Made by a program: the position numbers and the translations under genes. A stretch of DNA of 64,000 bases from a virus: positions 1 to 64,000 of the IMG/VR virus record IMGVR_UViG_3300032223_002784; one strand, 5' to 3'. A model generated the notes under the pieces. That model was not told the DNA's origin and made no database searches. It saw nothing but the letters and a program-made list of their open reading frames with translations. Below are positions 46,001 to 55,219 of the stretch, one piece after another (the first letter of the stretch is position 1; every line of letters starts with the position of its first letter).

Positions 46001-49000
46001 ATATTGCATAAGGGCTTGTTGAGCCAACTCTGAATGATTTTGTATTTAATATTGTTGCGTCAACTTGACTTGCAGTTACTGCACCCGCTTGAATTTGATT
46101 TGCAGCAATAGTATTTGCAGCGACATCTCCATTGGATACTTGTAATGTAGATCCACTTGCTTGTGGGCTTGCTGCTGCTGCACCATTAAAGTCTTTAGCA
46201 ACGACCTTAGTATAATAAACTTGCGGAGTAGTTCCAGATGAGAAATATACAAGCTGTGTCGTAGCTGCTCCATATGTGGCACCTGGTAAAGCTTTAATAA
46301 GTGCAAAGGTTGACGATGTTTGAATTGCAAGAGTTGTGCTATATGCCATCGCTGTTGCATACTGACCAATAATAGATCCTGTAGCACCAATGTTATTTGA
46401 TACAGCAAACGTAGTAGATGTAGGTGCTGGCGAGGCTAAAACAGTTGCATTTGAAATTCCAAACGTTGGCGATATACCAGATAAAGAAATTGTTTGTCCA
46501 GCAATAAATGTATGAGTAGCAGAGGTTGTATAAATAATATTTGCTCCTGATACTTGTGCACCTGTCACTATTGCAGTATTTCTATCTGGAGTAAAATTAT
46601 TTGTAGTTGATATATGTACTTCATATGTAACTGGATCTGGATTAGAAACAAGAGGCCAAGCTACCTGTAGTGCACCAAACATGGGTGTAATTGTTGGTGA
46701 CACTGTTAAGCCATTTGAAGCAACCCCATCATTACTTCCACCCAAAGCATTTAGAGTTACTGTTACTGGATTAGTTGGAATACTTTCAACATTATAGATA
46801 TCTTTTGTATATACTGCAACGCCATAAGAGGTTGATGCTACTAAGCCAGAAATAGCAAAAGTTGTTCCTGGGGTATATTGCTCAAAAAGTAATGGATAAA
46901 AAGTAATGGTATTTCCAGTTACGGCAGCTGTATTTTTTACATTTAATGTAACTACGCTTGTTCCAGCATTAATAGCGGTTATTTCTGCTCCCGTGCCAAT
47001 ACCAGTACCAGATACTGCCATGCCAACAGATAGCCCCGTTGTATTTGCAAAAGTTATAGTAAATGTATTTATTGCTCCCGCTGTTGCAGTCTTTGTAATA
47101 ATGTTTGTATTATCAAACAATAATACTCCATATGTACTGATTGTAGTAGTAGGTGAAGCAAGAGACATATCGTTCCATGATGCTAAAGCTGAGTATGATT
47201 TTGCTGATACAGAAAGGCCAGTAGGTGTTGCTACAGTTTGTGTTGTTGTAGATGAAGTTAGGGTTGTACTATTTACGCCAACATTATTATACTGATCATA
47301 TGCCTGTGCAATAAAATCATAAGATGTTCCAGGTGTGAGATTGGGTATGGAATAGTTTGTTGTAGATGTTCCACTTACAAAATTTACAGATGGAATATTT
47401 ATCATAGTCATATTTGCCTGCAAGGTACCTGTTGTACCATAACTCAAGAAATATCCTTTAGTTGATGTAGCAGTAGTTTGAAGTTGAATTGTTATGCTAT
47501 TTAATGCTTGTGCGGTACTTGCTATAGAAGGCGGGTTTGGTGCTGTAGTAATAATAACCGCTGGATTTGAAGGAGTTACTGAAACAACATTTGAAGATAA
47601 AGATTCATATCCAAATGCATCCACATACCTTACAATAACATTTCTTGGTGCATAGAATATTGAAGGAATAGTTGCTGGTCCACCACCAGTATATACAATT
47701 GAAGTAAATGTATATGTTCCTGATGCAGTTGTAGTTAAATTAGATGCAACAACAGAACTTGTAGAAGTGTTATATGTTGATAAAGTAAGTTGATATGTTC
47801 CTGCACTCAACAATGTTATTGCTGAAACAAATGTATTTGCTGGAACTCCCGCTCCAGTAATCAAATATCCTGGATAATTTCTAAAGTCTGCGATGGCAGT
47901 TATTCCATTGTCATCTAGCACGTTGTTTACCGTAAGAAGATTTTGACTTGCAACGTTTGATCCACCAGTTGCTGTAGCTACTGATCCAGTCATATAGTCT
48001 GGGAAGTCATTTGTTAAGGCATAAGTTGTGTATGCAGTATATGACTCATATATTTCTCCAGCAATAGCGTACGGCGTTGTTGTAAAATCAAAAGTAGAAA
48101 TATATCCATTTGTGATTGGAACAACTCGTGCTACTGGAATTGTAGTAATCAATGGATTTAATCTTGTTGCAATTGATATTGCCGTTCCTGTGCTTGATAC
48201 ATCAACAGAAGAATAACTATTTAATGTTCCAGTATATGCTGTACTTATGTTTGAAGCTCCAAATTGCCCCGTTAAATCTGATAAAGAAATTACTTGTGTT
48301 TGATTAACCCCAATTACGTTTCCAGTGACACCTGTTGCTGTTCCCACTGTTGTGGTAGTAGCATTCAATACTTTAAATCCACCCGTAACTAAAGAAGTGA
48401 TACTATAGGTTCCATTATATCCAGATGGTGTCGCACCTGAAATAGTTACACTTGATCCAACTGATACTGTTGAGGATGTATAGTATGTTGCATATGTTCC
48501 ATCTCCAGACATTCCAGTGATGGTTATTGAAGATGTTGTTGGATAAAAATAAAACTTTCCCGTCGCTCCATTTGCTGAGTTTAATGTTGTAACATATCTA
48601 ACTCCTGCATTTGATGTTGGTAATGTGAAAGGTATATATATATTATTTAAAGAATTTGCTGCTGGTAGGAAACTAATTGTTCCTGAAACCGCCGAATAAT
48701 TAGCTACCGTTAACGGCACCGTAGTTGAGCCAGGTGTATAAGAACTTGCTACTAGGGCTGCACTACCGATACCAGTTCCAAATACTGACATTCCCGCAAC
48801 AATATTTGTTGCACTTCCAACTGTTATTGAAGTTGCAGAAATTGATCCCGATGCAGTTGTTGATGTAACTCCGCCCCACGTAGGTGTTCCAACTACTACA
48901 TCGCTTGGCTGTGTGGTATTGACATATCCGAGTGTCTGTGGTGTTGCTGGTTTTCCTGGTGTAGAAAAAGTAGTATAGACTCCTCCAGAAGAAGAAAACC

Positions 49001-49967
49001 TGGCGTAGACATATCTTTGATTATAGTTTGGGCTTGTTATATTTGCTGGATTAATTTTAGAAAAATAAGTTCTTACTGCTACCCCAGGCCATGCCGTTGT
49101 TGTTCCACCAACAGTATAGCTTGCTGGCGTATATCCATCTGCAGCATATGTTATTGTTGGGGCTGAGCCAGATGTAGATTCAATTTCCCAAATATCAATA
49201 GCATCAAATGCACCTTTTGCCATTTCTGATGTATTTGTAACTGTTGCTACATATCCATTAATTGCATTTACCACATTTATTGTTGGTGGATTAAGATTAA
49301 GTACATAAGTTGGTACGCTGGTTGCACATACTGTAGCACTTACGTTATTAAGTACATCTGCTACAGACACACAAATTGCAGTAAGTTGTGGTGTAAAAAT
49401 ATTGAAAAGATAAGTGTTTATTGCTTTTGTTACATATATTACTTGAGATGTTGTTCCTGCAGCTATTGGGTATCCAGTATACCTATTTGTTACTGCAGAA
49501 GATCCAGTTCCCGCCGTTAATGACACTATAAATTGAGACATTGTTGTGTTTGTAGATAAAGTTGGATCCCAAGTAAATGATATCTGTAAATCATCTCCAG
49601 AGCCTGCTGTCCAAACCCCAGCAACATAAGTTCCCCAAGCTGCTACAACATTTGTTGGATCAGTTGGAACAATTACTGTTGGTCCACTACCCCCTGGATA
49701 TACTACTGGCGGTTGATTATTTATTGGAGGAATAACAAAAGAATCTGGATTTCCTGGCAATTTTGTTACAAGAGAAGCATCTGAACGAGATGTTAAATTA
49801 GCCATATTGATTGGTCTTCCAGTACCATCAACAATTACAACTTCTGCACCTTGTCTTGCTAAGGTCTGAGCATACTTACCATTTTTTAGGCGTGGGTCAT
49901 TAACATCAATGAAGACTGTTTGTCTTTTACCAACCGTATTAGGAGATTGGTAATTGTTTTTTGCCAT
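43026..49967 (-). CDS. very large minor tail/fibre protein with Fn3 domains and repeated inserted modules
   Basis: 2313 aa; LTPGTSYDF-x-AQAYD and LVASTSY-x-VAV Fn3; IAANQIQAGAVTA coil; G-x-I-x-A-x2-G repeats. Confidence 0.8.
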   Translation of the reverse strand: MAKNNYQSPNTVGKRQTVFIDVNDPRLKNGKYAQTLARQGAEVVIVDGTGRPINMANLTSRSDASLVTKLPGNPDSFVIPPINNQPPVVYPGGSGPTVIVPTDPTNVVAAWGTYVAGVWTAGSGDDLQISFTWDPTLSTNTTMSQFIVSLTAGTGSSAVTNRYTGYPIAAGTTSQVIYVTKAINTYLFNIFTPQLTAICVSVADVLNNVSATVCATSVPTYVLNLNPPTINVVNAINGYVATVTNTSEMAKGAFDAIDIWEIESTSGSAPTITYAADGYTPASYTVGGTTTAWPGVAVRTYFSKINPANITSPNYNQRYVYARFSSSGGVYTTFSTPGKPATPQTLGYVNTTQPSDVVVGTPTWGGVTSTTASGSISATSITVGSATNIVAGMSVFGTGIGSAALVASSYTPGSTTVPLTVANYSAVSGTISFLPAANSLNNIYIPFTLPTSNAGVRYVTTLNSANGATGKFYFYPTTSSITITGMSGDGTYATYYTSSTVSVGSSVTISGATPSGYNGTYSITSLVTGGFKVLNATTTTVGTATGVTGNVIGVNQTQVISLSDLTGQFGASNISTAYTGTLNSYSSVDVSSTGTAISIATRLNPLITTIPVARVVPITNGYISTFDFTTTPYAIAGEIYESYTAYTTYALTNDFPDYMTGSVATATGGSNVASQNLLTVNNVLDDNGITAIADFRNYPGYLITGAGVPANTFVSAITLLSAGTYQLTLSTYNTSTSSVVASNLTTTASGTYTFTSIVYTGGGPATIPSIFYAPRNVIVRYVDAFGYESLSSNVVSVTPSNPAVIITTAPNPPSIASTAQALNSITIQLQTTATSTKGYFLSYGTTGTLQANMTMINIPSVNFVSGTSTTNYSIPNLTPGTSYDFIAQAYDQYNNVGVNSTTLTSSTTTQTVATPTGLSVSAKSYSALASWNDMSLASPTTTISTYGVLLFDNTNIITKTATAGAINTFTITFANTTGLSVGMAVSGTGIGTGAEITAINAGTSVVTLNVKNTAAVTGNTITFYPLLFEQYTPGTTFAISGLVASTSYGVAVYTKDIYNVESIPTNPVTVTLNALGGSNDGVASNGLTVSPTITPMFGALQVAWPLVSNPDPVTYEVHISTTNNFTPDRNTAIVTGAQVSGANIIYTTSATHTFIAGQTISLSGISPTFGISNATVLASPAPTSTTFAVSNNIGATGSIIGQYATAMAYSTTLAIQTSSTFALIKALPGATYGAATTQLVYFSSGTTPQVYYTKVVAKDFNGAAAASPQASGSTLQVSNGDVAANTIAANQIQAGAVTASQVDATILNTKSFRVGSTSPYAIYIDGSGTYSNIQTAQPVNRLYSGTGVWFNNGTPFYIDTAGYFSLNDQFKFDPSTNALTATGTINATAGNFAGAMTVNSGTMKIGKGVNPINIPVSGTAAGSLDGMYINNYNQWYSNGYFSVGASGNQVVWDQNALNISGQVNASRGSFNGPLLISSTGSIIAATSYTISNVVATTTYTTYTISPAAASTFVAGQSVTVVGVYPSVFNVTSGTILATPAPSTTSFSVASTGLNTYTYANSGTAMLTNSGGRVTIQSNNISAYDSSGNPTTQILGNVTTGTGTFTTTDARIGNWIVGTNSIQNLGSAGSYVGINSLAAASYSIWAGSTASGGDNTKFAVTPSGTLYANNAIITGGTLDVGSIVQPLKLTTSAATASGTTLTFTTTATTINGASVSPVAGMVVYAYTAAGIPLLPAGTTVSSVTSTTVVLSASVSANIPTSTVIIFRPASGAHIGTDGTLYASSAYLSGPINATGGSFTGNVLISGGSLYSPQTSGTLPASGTPGLIFNPSGLYAWTSGSTSTQLLTTPSTAPDGTLYNLYSTAAYLGGWTINASKIASISSGGNGNIALDSSAGTISVSNGSVAGYSAGIYGAATTTGTNVFWAGTGGAAGDSTTNAFRVTLGGKLYARGADITGAITVSTAGTASTKNIITIDAAKDWISLGDVAGTAYLITRNNNVYLTAPAATSTQPWGGSSPSLTDSTAPTGTPFLAMGTSASGGGFKDSYGTRVNGIGMYTGAWDYFSTGSSSPFISATTTGLQLSGGPAVGMIIDKAGSTNFPTTAGILIYTSTNPTTYTPSTTYGSWATFSNGTINLSASTNTFISLFGPTLPTGSPTGATTNSVYMQAATGVYQAMNSSGIYMQANSNVFQSFASTGIVMQTLVPSNTYYYYNNGTQYFNAGTQYVKLGTNGLSINGLSVYGDISQSGTSDGAAGSSTLTTNANFLRTIMVAPNTVTSAGITAGDIIRGYAIYNAPAATTPQASSGYVGDLWVSY

Positions 49968-49979
49968 GATCCCCCCGTT

Positions 49980-50471
49980 TTATCTTGGACCTATTGCTAT
50001 CCAATTCACATATAGCGATGCATTTGAACCAGAGCCATCAAGTGTTTTTGTGGTCCCAGGTCTATACAGTCTGTAAGAAAATCCTGTGGAGGTTATATTA
50101 TATAAGCTAATTACAATGTCAGAGTTTGATGTTGAAAAAGAAGTTCCCGCAGAACATGTTGCTGTTACTACGGGTATTGAAGAAAATGCATTTGCCCCCG
50201 TTGTTGCATTTGCAAATGTAACTGTGTTTGTATAAATATTAGATGTAGCCGTATCGCTATGATATGAAGTTGCTCTTCCAAAAAGGATTGCTTGAGACCC
50301 TGAATCAAATTGATGAGAAAATGAGACTGAACTCCAGTCTACTGTTCCAGCCGAACCAAAGTTATTAGTTAGATTATTTAAACTATCACTATGCTGATTT
50401 ACTACGTTAATAACCTGATGCCAAGCTGCCAGATCTATAATAGAAGGATCTGATATTTTAACATATGCCAT
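49980..50471 (-). CDS. minor tail protein with gp53/H-type-lectin-like C-terminus
   Basis: VTF...FSSIPVVTAT...NITSTGF...VNWIAIG. Confidence 0.7.
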   Translation of the reverse strand: MAYVKISDPSIIDLAAWHQVINVVNQHSDSLNNLTNNFGSAGTVDWSSVSFSHQFDSGSQAILFGRATSYHSDTATSNIYTNTVTFANATTGANAFSSIPVVTATCSAGTSFSTSNSDIVISLYNITSTGFSYRLYRPGTTKTLDGSGSNASLYVNWIAIGPR

Positions 50472-50537
50472 TTTTACCCGCCCTTTTTACGCTTATTTAT
50501 AGTAACATTATACCATTTAATTGGTTTTTAGGCCATA

Positions 50538-53500
50538 TTATAGTGCTGTGCCTTTGCCAAGCATATTTAATACTAGGGTGGTTTTGAATCCTTGATCAAA
50601 TGAATGAGAAACAGAATGAACAAAGTATGTTTGAGCATTAATTCTAGATAGGCTATATGTCAAAGTTATTACATCTCCCACCTGTATAAGTGGGTTTCCA
50701 AATATAGTTAATGAAGTATCTTTTGAGAACCCGTCAAATCCCTGGGCAATTACTTTTAACATTTTATTTGCAGAATCAGGGGACTGTATCCATTGAGAAT
50801 CTACTTGTGCAACTTCAGATGCATTTGCTGGATCAGTAATTTTTTCAAGCAAAACGGGATCTGATGGAGCTATAATTTCATGTGTCCAAAGATTAAGATT
50901 AATGTTAAAGGAATTTGTTGCATCTGATTGTTTGCTTAAATAAACCATGTGTGATGAGTTATTAACAATTGCCATCTTTGCCCTAAATCCAGTATTTATA
51001 GGTGTTGAGTAGGAAAGAGAATATTCATCAACATTTTGTTTTTGATAGTAAGATTGGTCAGTAGGTTGTGTGCCTGGGAAATAATACCATAGATATTCAA
51101 TTGGTAATACATCTACGGAAACTGCTGCTGGGGTAGTATATTGAACATCATATACATTTATTCCAACAACCTCTGGGGTTGTTTGCATCATGTAATTACT
51201 ATACTTTGAATATAAATTTTGTCCTTGAATCAATCCATTTAAAAATTCTCTATCTTGATACCAGTAACTTACACTTCTTTCTCTTAATGGCTTTGTTGAT
51301 GCATAAATTTCTCTTAAATTAGCAGAATTTGTTGAAGAACTAATTGTTGATGGATATGTTATACTAGTAATTGGGACTGGCAGAGTTGATGTGTAGAATC
51401 CAAACTTTGTTCCAACTGTGTTTATTGTAGATCCAGCATTAATATTTACTTTCTTTCTTAGCCCAGTCAACGTATTTTTTGCTGTTGTGCTCCACCCATA
51501 TGCAATGTCAGAATTTGATAATGTTGCAGCTGTTTGCCATCCTGTAATTTCAGTATTATTTAAAAATACTTGTATAAGCTCTCCGTTATCTTCTCCCAGA
51601 TTTGCATCTGTTCCATCTGAATAAAAATGAGCAACCTTTAATTTAAAAGCTTGATCTGTGGCTGCACGATATGAATAGTTGCTAGCTGCTCCAGAACCTG
51701 GCACTTTAACTAAAACTTTTTCAAAATTATTGATAATAGAGTTTACTGTTCCAGTTACTTCTGTCCATGCAATTACGGTTGGAGTTGTACTAACAACTTT
51801 ATATATAGCCATGATATATCTATATATTGGTGTTGTGTATAGTTGGCCAGTTTTTGGATCTAATTGATTATACTTAATAAGTTCTACAAAATATGCTCCA
51901 GATGGACTTGATCCAGTCAAATTAAAAAATAAACCAGAGGCAGATACTGCAATATCTGGGAGATCAAATTTAACTGAGTATGTTTTGTATCCAGGATCTG
52001 TAACTGATGTTGGGTAAACCAAGCTTTTTGTTGAAGCTGGAGCGGTAAGTGCTATTTTATTCACGCTTGGGTTTTTTGGATCAGAGGTTGTGCTATTAAT
52101 AATTGAAGTTGTTGAGGTTCCCGTTGTCATAGCATAAGACGAGCTTATTGTTGCTTCGGACAAACTCTTGCTTGCAATATTTGTTGCAACCCTTGTATGT
52201 GCTGAAGGAACCGTGCCAAAAAGGCCTCTTTGAACATTTGTAATGTATCCTGTCGGGGAAATAATAACATTGTAATCAGTTGCTGATGTTGGCATCCCAT
52301 TAGAATCCAGAGAAGACACCGTAAGTCCTATTTGATTGTTCTTGATGTATCTATTAATTTCAGAAGATAATTCAATGTCACTTTTAACTGATACGGTAGA
52401 TGAACCTACGGTATATTCTTTATAAACAAAAGATACAAGTTCATTTTCTATGACTGCATAACCATTATTATTCAATGTAAACGTATGGAATATATCAAGA
52501 AGATCATTTGTATTTAATTGAAATTTATTTGCAGTCTGTGACATATCAGAAGCAAGGTAATTAAATCCAACAGAATCTAGAGTGGTCTGTTGCCATACAA
52601 CATCGTTAGATGTAGTATAAATAAATGAAGGCGATTGTGCCACATTTGGATTTGTTGCATTTTGTAAAGCCAGGGATTGCTTAATTTTTGGAGTTTGATA
52701 TTTCAAAGCTATTTTTCCAGGTTTTGCTTTATTGCTTACAGAATATCCACCTTCAATTACACTTGAATCATTTATTGTAAGCTGAGATGTGCTATTGGAT
52801 AAAACATCAGCCAAGCTTTTGAAGTTCATAACCCCATACTCATCAATCCAAGCACCTATTTGATAGGCTAGGAATATGTCTGCCAATGTGTCTACAATTG
52901 TAGAATCTCTACTATTGCAATAGAAATAGGCTAAATCTAATGGCATGGTCTTGCTATTACAGATCTTATACAAAGAGTCATAATCATAATCTGTGAATCC
53001 CGCCAAATCTAAGATGTTGGTTATTACCTCAAATACTGGTTTTAGATTAGATACATAATCTGGCACTGGAGTTGTTTGAAGATATCTGGTGACATCAAAA
53101 CATTGGATCTTAACATCTTTAATGTCTGTCTCATCCCAAGTATCTGAGTAGAATACTCCTCCTGGGATATATGTTCCCGTTGGAGAGTTTACTTGAATAA
53201 AAGCTTTTGTTGTTGAGTCAAAATAAGACTTAAGCCTAAAATTAATATAAAATTTAATATTTTTTCTTAACATGTTTGACAAAATATTTGTTGATAAATT
53301 ACTTTGGCTGGCAAAAATAGGAATGAATGTTGTACTTGTTACAATAGGAATTGCAGTTAAATTAAGAGTTGCATCATTTGCATTGATTGAGGAAATTGGA
53401 ACAAAGTTGTTTTTGCTGTCTAATGACTTACTGATATCAAGAGTTTTAACAAACTTGGTTAAATCAATTTCAAGTCTTGGAGAAATTTCTACTACCTGCA

Positions 53501-54701
53501 TTCTTGATGCATCTGAGGTAAAATTTGTATTTGAAGAGGTAAATGATGAATTTGTAGTTTTGCTGATTTGAGTAATAGTTATTTTTTTAAAAGATGTGTA
53601 AGGTGAGACTAGACCCGCATTAGTAATGGCTGGCATCGTAGACCATTTTGTTTTAGTCCATGCAGTGCCTGTCCAATAGAGCACGAGCACTCCAGTAGTA
53701 AAAGAATCTGAATTGGCTGGAGGTGTTATTGAGGTACTTCCATCAACCGTAAGTATTGTTCCATCAAGATAGATATTTATGGTTGGAACAGTTATTAATG
53801 TATTAAATTTTATGACAAGCTTGTTTGAATTAATATTTTGTGAATATAGACCCGTAATGCTTAAAGATGAAGAATCTGAAACAAAATATTTGTATGGAGC
53901 CATATCATTTGCCAATGCATTTTTAAATACAGGGACTGGTGGGGATGCCATAGTAAAGCTTGGAGTTTGAATAATTGGACTTACTGGAGAATATGTTGTA
54001 GGCTGACTGGTGAGTACAGAGCTTGTTACTTTTCTGAATGCTGTTGGAAATGTAGCATTAATATTTCCAGATCCAACATATGATTCTCCTGGGCGGAAAA
54101 ATGTGAATGGGCTTTCTGTAGGCCAAAGGGGGTTGTGTTGATAATCAAAATATGTAGTCTTGTATATTTCAGGCGTAGTATAATAAATTGTTTTATTAGA
54201 GCCTTGATCAGAACTTAATGTGTTTACCTGCAATGTAAATGTAATTGATGTAATATTATCTGAAGTTCCAGATGAACCAATATATGTAACAATTTTAGTC
54301 CAACCTAGGGAATTGATTTCTGCTGAAGATGAACCAAATTGAGTTGATGAACCACCTTGAGCAAATGCACTTAACATTACTGGAGTTGCATCACTTGTTT
54401 TCATATATGTTACTATCTTATATGCATTTCCAGCACTTACTGTTGTATTAGATGTATATACTACAGATCCTGTATTGCTTGTTAATGCAAAGCTATTTGT
54501 TGTAAATCCCGCATAAGCATTAGCTCCTGTTATTCCCGCCACAATAGTGCTTGAGGTTGATACAGTTTCTGCTACACCAGTTCCTGCTACTGTAAGATAT
54601 GGTGGATTAAATAAGTTTTGATTCCATTCGGCTGAAACAACTGGTTGCAATTCAATTGAACTGGAGTTCAAAAAGATATTTGAAGATACATTACTAAGCA
54701 T
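50538..54701 (-). CDS. minor tail / baseplate-hub protein
   Basis: Follows the Dit-like gene; WIDEYGVMNF, VQRGLFGT, GNPLIQVGDVI hub motifs. Confidence 0.75.
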   Translation of the reverse strand: MLSNVSSNIFLNSSSIELQPVVSAEWNQNLFNPPYLTVAGTGVAETVSTSSTIVAGITGANAYAGFTTNSFALTSNTGSVVYTSNTTVSAGNAYKIVTYMKTSDATPVMLSAFAQGGSSTQFGSSSAEINSLGWTKIVTYIGSSGTSDNITSITFTLQVNTLSSDQGSNKTIYYTTPEIYKTTYFDYQHNPLWPTESPFTFFRPGESYVGSGNINATFPTAFRKVTSSVLTSQPTTYSPVSPIIQTPSFTMASPPVPVFKNALANDMAPYKYFVSDSSSLSITGLYSQNINSNKLVIKFNTLITVPTINIYLDGTILTVDGSTSITPPANSDSFTTGVLVLYWTGTAWTKTKWSTMPAITNAGLVSPYTSFKKITITQISKTTNSSFTSSNTNFTSDASRMQVVEISPRLEIDLTKFVKTLDISKSLDSKNNFVPISSINANDATLNLTAIPIVTSTTFIPIFASQSNLSTNILSNMLRKNIKFYINFRLKSYFDSTTKAFIQVNSPTGTYIPGGVFYSDTWDETDIKDVKIQCFDVTRYLQTTPVPDYVSNLKPVFEVITNILDLAGFTDYDYDSLYKICNSKTMPLDLAYFYCNSRDSTIVDTLADIFLAYQIGAWIDEYGVMNFKSLADVLSNSTSQLTINDSSVIEGGYSVSNKAKPGKIALKYQTPKIKQSLALQNATNPNVAQSPSFIYTTSNDVVWQQTTLDSVGFNYLASDMSQTANKFQLNTNDLLDIFHTFTLNNNGYAVIENELVSFVYKEYTVGSSTVSVKSDIELSSEINRYIKNNQIGLTVSSLDSNGMPTSATDYNVIISPTGYITNVQRGLFGTVPSAHTRVATNIASKSLSEATISSSYAMTTGTSTTSIINSTTSDPKNPSVNKIALTAPASTKSLVYPTSVTDPGYKTYSVKFDLPDIAVSASGLFFNLTGSSPSGAYFVELIKYNQLDPKTGQLYTTPIYRYIMAIYKVVSTTPTVIAWTEVTGTVNSIINNFEKVLVKVPGSGAASNYSYRAATDQAFKLKVAHFYSDGTDANLGEDNGELIQVFLNNTEITGWQTAATLSNSDIAYGWSTTAKNTLTGLRKKVNINAGSTINTVGTKFGFYTSTLPVPITSITYPSTISSSTNSANLREIYASTKPLRERSVSYWYQDREFLNGLIQGQNLYSKYSNYMMQTTPEVVGINVYDVQYTTPAAVSVDVLPIEYLWYYFPGTQPTDQSYYQKQNVDEYSLSYSTPINTGFRAKMAIVNNSSHMVYLSKQSDATNSFNINLNLWTHEIIAPSDPVLLEKITDPANASEVAQVDSQWIQSPDSANKMLKVIAQGFDGFSKDTSLTIFGNPLIQVGDVITLTYSLSRINAQTYFVHSVSHSFDQGFKTTLVLNMLGKGTAL

Positions 54702-55219
54702 TAGATCTCCGTAAATTCTATTTTGAGATCAACATAGTCATAACCTAAGTTTACTGCACCCGCTCTTCTCTTTTTTATGTTATAAGTAAATGTTGTCATA
54801 AAAGCATTATAAACTTGACCTGGGCTGGAATCAGCATCTACATATGTTGTAGCATCAGGTATTTTTGGATCAACTGTTGGAATTGTATCTTGAGCAAATA
54901 TGAGCTTTACGTATACTGGCTGAAAAGCATTTGCCTCATAGAAAGCTTTTATCCATGCTCCGCCCTTGGCTCCATATACACCTTCTGAAGCACTATAATC
55001 AACAAGGTTGCTATCAAGTGTTGGAAGATCTACCCAATCTGCTGATATAACAAATTTCTTAGCAATTATAAACTTTCTTAAAGTTCCATCAGCCATTCTA
55101 TCTGTTGACTCTATGAGGTTGTACGAAATATCAATCGGTTGACGATTATGGTCTGTTAGCTTGTACCAAGTTACATTATCTAGGGAGATCTGAACTCCTT
55201 GTGGAATTTGGAATATCAT
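54701..55219 (-). CDS. distal tail (Dit-like) protein
   Basis: Immediately after the tape measure; LTDHNR...RMADGTLR. Confidence 0.7.
   Translation of the reverse strand: MIFQIPQGVQISLDNVTWYKLTDHNRQPIDISYNLIESTDRMADGTLRKFIIAKKFVISADWVDLPTLDSNLVDYSASEGVYGAKGGAWIKAFYEANAFQPVYVKLIFAQDTIPTVDPKIPDATTYVDADSSPGQVYNAFMTTFTYNIKKRRAGAVNLGYDYVDLKIEFTEI

Noticed and set aside
38262-50471. Diversity-generating retroelement or invertase targeting the tail fibres
   Set aside because: No reverse transcriptase, recombinase or TR/VR repeat pair was recognised in the window.
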